Source: Promethearchaeota archaeon Loki_b32 (GTDB lineage: Archaea > Asgardarchaeota > Lokiarchaeia > Sigyniarchaeales > SOKP01). Taken from it: 40,060 nucleotides of DNA. The stretch's first letter is position 1; each line of letters begins with the position of its first letter. The DNA is taken from assembly GCA_005223125.1 (NCBI GenBank), contig NJBH01000034.1, positions 1 to 40,060 of the forward strand, in the 5' to 3' direction. Of this stretch, positions 36,079 through 40,060 are shown piece by piece. Made by a program: the position numbers and the translations under genes. Below the pieces are notes generated by a model. It made no database searches, had not been told where the DNA came from, and saw only the letters and a program-made list of their open reading frames with translations.

Positions 36079-36834
36079 ATGGCTAAAAAAAGAAAAAAAC
36101 GTGCAAAACGTGGTTATCAAATAGCAATTCTTATTGGTCTGCATGATAATGATGCTGTATTTTGGAGAATATTCAGTGAGACTATTAGGCTACACTTCAA
36201 AATAAATCGTGGAAGGAAGAGAAGAAATCAAAATAAAAAGCAAATATATCATTTTCATGAGGAAATCATTAACACATTAAGACCTATAATTAAAGAAGGT
36301 ATCAGAAGTGTAATACTACTCTCCCCACCGAAAGAAGAATATTCAGATGAGTTTCTTAATCACGTTAATAAGCATCATTCATGGTTATTAAAAAAAGGCG
36401 ATAAACAGGTTGTCTTTTCTAAGATCATAGGTAATCAAGCGAAGACTCAAAAGGATGTATATTACTTAAAAACACAAGAATATTTTAAAGACATCGTTGA
36501 TGAAACCTCAAATCAAGAGGGTTTGTTGATATTAGAAGAACTGACAGAGTTAATTAATAAAAATGAAAAGTTCTCAAAGATTCTTTATACATGGAGAGAA
36601 ATCGATCATGAACTAAGACTTATTATGAAAAACCCTAATTTAACTAAACCAAATTATATTACTCTAACTGAAGAATATCTAAAAAATCCAAAAAATAGAA
36701 ACAAAACACATCGAATTTTACAAATCGCAAAAAATCTTGAGATTAAAACTAAAATCGTCAGTAAAGAATCCGAGGCAGGTGCTATCGTAGATAAATTTGG
36801 AGGATTAGTGTGTTACTTTAAAGAATTAAGTTAA
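36079..36834 (+). CDS. Pelota/eRF1-like protein comprising domains 2 and 3 only
   Basis: C-terminal IKTKIVSKESEAGAIVDKFGGLVCYF matches the eRF1/Pelota domain 3 signature. AILIGLHDNDAVFWRI...FHEEII...VILLSPP...DEFLNHV matches Pelota domain 2. Confidence 0.7.
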   Translation: MAKKRKKRAKRGYQIAILIGLHDNDAVFWRIFSETIRLHFKINRGRKRRNQNKKQIYHFHEEIINTLRPIIKEGIRSVILLSPPKEEYSDEFLNHVNKHHSWLLKKGDKQVVFSKIIGNQAKTQKDVYYLKTQEYFKDIVDETSNQEGLLILEELTELINKNEKFSKILYTWREIDHELRLIMKNPNLTKPNYITLTEEYLKNPKNRNKTHRILQIAKNLEIKTKIVSKESEAGAIVDKFGGLVCYFKELS

Positions 36835-37036
36835 AAAAATGAAAAACAATCCTCTAGAATTAATTCTTCTGTTTTTTCTTGATTTTTTATCATTATCGTA
36901 TATGTTTAAAAATACCTTAAAGTCAATTAGTCTTCACTAAATTACGTGAAACAGATTCACTAACGGGTTTGTAGTTCTTATTTATATAAATAATTTAGTT
37001 GATATACTTATATATTTTTATAACTTCTATAATATT

Positions 37037-37360
37037 ATGACTGTTAAAACAACCGTAGCAATTGATAGTGATCTACGCAAAATAATTAAGAAACTAGCAG
37101 CATGGTTAGATATATCCCAAGGCGAAGTAATCAGACGGGCTATCGCGGAATTTGAAAAATCCGTTATTACTAAAAACGTCTATCCAAATACAAGTAAGGA
37201 AAAAGTCAAAAAGGAAATTGATGCAATCCTTCAAGCAGCAACGGATGCAGTTTGGGAAGATGATATAAAAACTCGAGAAATTCAAGAAAAATTAAAAAAA
37301 GGACCTAGTACTATTGATGAAGTTATTCTAAACAATTGGGATTCCGGGTTAGAAATATGA
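37037..37360 (+). CDS. CopG/RHH-family antitoxin (VapB-like)
   Basis: KTTVAIDSDLRKIIKKLAAWLDISQGEVIRRAI RHH pattern, with an ATGA overlap with the downstream PIN gene. Confidence 0.82.
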   Translation: MTVKTTVAIDSDLRKIIKKLAAWLDISQGEVIRRAIAEFEKSVITKNVYPNTSKEKVKKEIDAILQAATDAVWEDDIKTREIQEKLKKGPSTIDEVILNNWDSGLEI

Positions 37361-37800
37361 GCAAAAAAAGAATCGGGGCGCACGAGCAAATATTAGAAAA
37401 GATCGCAATTGATTCTAATGTCTTCCGTAATCTAAATTTTATTAATTATCTAAGGATAAATAAAGCGGAAATCCAAGTATATATTCCTTCCATAGTGAGT
37501 TTTGAAATTGGTTATTATTTTCTCACTAAAGGTATTGCTAGGGAAGATTTTCTCAAAGAAATACAAAAATTTAATGGTATTTTTCTCGAATGGGATTCAG
37601 TCATTCTTTTAGAAGTTCTAAAAAACGCTCTAAATAATAAAGAAACTCTCCCTTTTCGCCACCACTTTCGAGATTTTATGATTGGTACTCAATGTGAAAA
37701 TACAGGTTTTAATTTAATATCTTATAATAAAGACCACTTTTTATGGCTTAAACGCATTTCAATCCAAACACCAGAAGAATTCATTTTAAAAAGGATCTAA
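37357..37800 (+). CDS. vapC: PIN-domain toxin (VapC-like)
   Basis: IAIDSNVF, IPSIVSFEI, FRDFMIG and LISYNKDHF. The start was moved to the ATG at 37357 because of the ATGA coupling. Confidence 0.85.
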   Translation: MSKKRIGAHEQILEKIAIDSNVFRNLNFINYLRINKAEIQVYIPSIVSFEIGYYFLTKGIAREDFLKEIQKFNGIFLEWDSVILLEVLKNALNNKETLPFRHHFRDFMIGTQCENTGFNLISYNKDHFLWLKRISIQTPEEFILKRI

Positions 37801-37932
37801 AAGTAATCAATTTATTTAATAGGACAATATAACTTTTCAAATACTATTAAAATATTATCTTTATTATAATTTTAAATTTAATTAATTTCTGATTTTGTTT
37901 ACTATTGGATTTGATTAATTTATTACGTATTA

Positions 37933-37945
37933 AGCACTGGATCCA
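37933..37945. repeat. 13-bp direct repeat copy 1 (AGCACTGGATCCA)
   Basis: An identical 13-mer occurs at 38872-38884. Both copies are intergenic and bracket the HEPN-MNT pair. Confidence 0.75.
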
Positions 37946-38037
37946 TTTTTTTTAACTAATATATATAAATAATGGAAAGGAGATTCTATTAATAAAAAGA
38001 TAAATAATAAAAGTACAGTATTTAGTAAAGAATTCTA

Positions 38038-38442
38038 ATGGATGAATTGAGAATCAAGCGTTACCATGATAAGATTCACCATATTATTGATTACATTCAG
38101 GAGTTACCTATAAACCCGAGAAATGAACTTGAAAAACGTGGAATTTTTTACTCTCTTCAGACTTCGATAGAAGCAATGGTAGATCTAATTGCAATGTGTG
38201 TAAAAGATTTAGGAATCCAGGTAAAAGAGGATATAATTAATATTTCTAAAATTGTAGAAGTAAGAAAGTTAGATCCTGAATTAGGAGAAAATTTAAAGAA
38301 TGCAAATGGTCTAAGAAATATTATAGTGCATCGTTATAATAAAATTGACGAACTGTTAATCTTAGATTCTGTTGAGAGCATTAAAAATCTCCTACTTAAA
38401 TGGATCTCGATTGTAGAGGAGTTTTTAGATGAAATTAAGTAA
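38038..38442 (+). CDS. hepT: HEPN-domain ribonuclease toxin (DUF86/HepT-like)
   Basis: YSLQTSIEAMVDL and the Rx4H motif GLRNIIVHRYNKID. Confidence 0.9.
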   Translation: MDELRIKRYHDKIHHIIDYIQELPINPRNELEKRGIFYSLQTSIEAMVDLIAMCVKDLGIQVKEDIINISKIVEVRKLDPELGENLKNANGLRNIIVHRYNKIDELLILDSVESIKNLLLKWISIVEEFLDEIK

Positions 38443-38827
38443 AATAAATGAATTTAGAAAATTACTAGCACCATTTCAAAATAAATTTGAAGCTATTTTA
38501 TATGGTTCTTATGTGGAAGGAGCTGTACGTCCTAATTCAGATATTGATATAGCTATAATCTCAAGAGAAAAGGATTTAAAGGAAAATTTAAAATTACAAA
38601 AAGAAGTTTTGGGAAAAGTCTCTTTAAAGTTTGATATTCGAGTTTTTGAACTATTACCTATATACATCCAAATATCAATTATTAATAATTATCAAGTTAT
38701 TTTTGGTAATCCTTTAGAAATTTCAGAATATTTTTATTTTTATCGTAAAAAGTGGGATGATTGTAAAAATCGAATATTATCTAACCAATTTTCAAGTTAT
38801 CGTGAGCGTCTCTCACTAATTGAATAG
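38429..38827 (+). CDS. mntA: Minimal nucleotidyltransferase antitoxin (MntA-like)
   Basis: ILYGSYVEGAVRPNSDIDIAII (GS-x10-DxD) and FDIRVFELLP. It overlaps the HEPN gene by 14 nt. Confidence 0.9.
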   Translation: MKLSKINEFRKLLAPFQNKFEAILYGSYVEGAVRPNSDIDIAIISREKDLKENLKLQKEVLGKVSLKFDIRVFELLPIYIQISIINNYQVIFGNPLEISEYFYFYRKKWDDCKNRILSNQFSSYRERLSLIE

Positions 38828-38871
38828 TTAAAATTTCAATAAATAATTAATTATTTCAAAATAATTATTTT

Positions 38872-38884
38872 AGCACTGGATCCA
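38872..38884. repeat. 13-bp direct repeat copy 2 (AGCACTGGATCCA)
   Basis: Identical to 37933-37945. This copy extends to the palindrome CTGGATCCAG. Confidence 0.75.
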
Positions 38885-38994
38885 GCATTCTGTTCAACTT
38901 ATTGTAAAATTCTGTTTCAGACATAAGAGATTTCTTCATAAATTGAATATCCCCTATCTCAAATTCTAATTTACTGGGCAATTGAGTCTAAAAT

Positions 38995-39024
38995 AAAAAA
39001 ACTTATATAAGGGATTTTCCTTAA
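38995..39024 (+). promoter_or_regulatory. Archaeal BRE/TATA-like promoter with overlapping inverted repeat (candidate antitoxin operator)
   Basis: AAAAAAACTTATATAA lies about 22-28 nt before the ATG at 39032 (leaderless spacing). It is followed by TAAGG-GATTTT-CCTTA. Confidence 0.5.
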
Positions 39025-39031
39025 ATACCTT

Positions 39032-39340
39032 ATGACAAATATCACTTTTAGTGTTGATGATGACCTCCACAAACAAATGAAAGAACATCCAGAGATTAAA
39101 TGGACTGAAATCTTACGTCAATCTATACTGAATTATCTTAAAAAAGTAGAAGAAATCGATGAATTATCTATCGAGGATTTTAGAACACGATTAGATCCAA
39201 AATTATTATCGAAGATTGAAGAATTAAATGAACAAGATGAAATTTTATTTTATAAAAAAGTAAAAGAAAAGGAACATAAACGATTAGATGGTTTACAAGA
39301 ATTAGAGAAAGAGGAATTAGAGAGGGGTAAAGATGTGTAA
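39032..39340 (+). CDS. RHH-family antitoxin (VapB-like)
   Basis: MTNITFSVDDDLHKQMKEHPEIKWTEILRQSI is a typical archaeal RHH antitoxin N-terminus. TAATG overlap with the PIN gene. Confidence 0.85.
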   Translation: MTNITFSVDDDLHKQMKEHPEIKWTEILRQSILNYLKKVEEIDELSIEDFRTRLDPKLLSKIEELNEQDEILFYKKVKEKEHKRLDGLQELEKEELERGKDV

Positions 39341-39699
39341 TGTGGTTATTAGATACTAATATATTAATTCAATTTAATAAATTGAGAATAGAGCAATTTA
39401 ATAAAGATGATATATTTACAACCATCCTTTCATTGATTGTGTATCCTCTAGGCTCGAAATTTAATAATATTACAATAATATTTCCATCTACAATTCACTA
39501 TGAGCAAGCTTTTAAAAATGCCCTACTTTTGAGAGAAAAAGGTACTCCTATACCCACTATCGATATTTTAATAGGTACTATTACTGTAGACAAAAATCTC
39601 ATATTAGTATCTGACGATCTTCATTTTCAATATCTTCAAGAAGTCGATCCCCGCTTGAAGATAATTAGTTCAGAATCATTCATAAAAAAAATAGGATAA
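39340..39699 (+). CDS. vapC: PIN-domain toxin (VapC-like)
   Basis: LLDTNILI, LREKGTPIPTIDILIG and LVSDDLHF. Confidence 0.88.
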   Translation: MWLLDTNILIQFNKLRIEQFNKDDIFTTILSLIVYPLGSKFNNITIIFPSTIHYEQAFKNALLLREKGTPIPTIDILIGTITVDKNLILVSDDLHFQYLQEVDPRLKIISSESFIKKIG

Positions 39700-39761
39700 A
39701 AATTTCCGAATATGTCGCAAAATATCTTTTAAAAAAAGTAAAGGAGTTGTTAGAGTAGAAT

Positions 39762-39848
39762 ATGACTAATCTATCTGTAAGAATGAAAAAAGAGACCATA
39801 GATGAGCTCGATCGTATAGAGAAATTGCTTGGAATAGATAAAGGGTAG
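39762..39848 (+). pseudogene. Truncated RHH antitoxin remnant (28 aa)
   Basis: Manual translation gives MTNLSVRMKKETIDELDRIEKLLGIDKG*, the RHH strand plus helix A, ending where helix B should begin. AAGGAG lies upstream. Confidence 0.6.
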
Positions 39849-39923
39849 TGCCCCATCCTAAAAAATAAGTTCCTATATTGCTAGTTTTAAAAAGATATAA
39901 TAACTGTCATTTACTATATTATA

Positions 39924-40060
39924 ATGACAATTAGAAAAATGAAAATACAAATGACTGAAAAAATTACTCAAAAAGTCTCATCAAATGGAAGGATTGTAAT
40001 ACCAAAAGAATGGAGAGACAAGTTAGCTATTGAAGATAAAAATGAGGTTGAGATGGAATT
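39924..40060 (+). CDS. AbrB/MazE/SpoVT-family DNA-binding protein (partial, runs off the window)
   Basis: Manual translation gives MTIRKMKIQMTEKITQKVSSNGRIVIPKEWRDKLAIEDKNEVEME, containing the KV..GRI.IPK..R..L.I signature. The start may be the ATG at 39951. Confidence 0.85.
   Translation, partial: MTIRKMKIQMTEKITQKVSSNGRIVIPKEWRDKLAIEDKNEVEME

Noticed and set aside
36930-36976. TTCACTAA direct repeat with TTCAC/GTGAA inverted repeat upstream of the first RHH-PIN pair
   Set aside because: Too short to distinguish from chance in AT-rich DNA. It may be an operator, but this is unsupported.
36835-39923. Integron attC sites between the TA modules
   Set aside because: Isolated RYYYAAC-like (GTTCAAC near 38892) and GTT-like words occur, but I found no paired R''/R' boxes forming a hairpin and no integrase in the window.
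1-40060. CRISPR array, tRNA/rRNA genes, intact IS elements
   Set aside because: No regularly spaced repeats, GC-rich structured RNA segments or transposase motifs were seen.

Overview
AT-rich archaeal chromosomal window, most likely an Asgard archaeon of the Lokiarchaeia type. This is inferred from two roadblock/LC7 genes, an IPGY-TM-basic sorting tail, AN1/RING-like/PCI-like domain proteins, archaeal-type MetRS, TATA-type promoters and frequent TTG/GTG starts. The left part is mostly metabolic: M29 aminopeptidase, three MFS paralogs (one doubly frameshifted), a glycyl radical enzyme, two crotonase paralogs, a thioesterase, an APC permease, a radical-SAM activase and a PfkB kinase. The middle holds a divergent roadblock pair, a 1372-aa surface glycoprotein, an M20 peptidase, a VWA + double C4HC3 finger protein and metG. 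The right part holds a very divergent RtcB-fold protein head-to-head with an unknown-gene/ATPase pair, a Pelota/eRF1-like protein lacking domain 1, and a dense toxin-antitoxin array (PIN, HEPN-MNT, PIN, antitoxin remnants). The best candidates for an undescribed system are (i) the RtcB-like / truncated Pelota-like / ribonuclease-toxin neighbourhood, (ii) the Ssl1/Rpn10-like VWA-RING-RING protein, (iii) a glycyl radical enzyme with atypical motifs, and (iv) a coiled-coil-RHH-PCI-like fusion. All family calls are by-eye motif recognition; no database searches were run. No rRNA, tRNA, CRISPR array, integrase or intact transposase was recognised.
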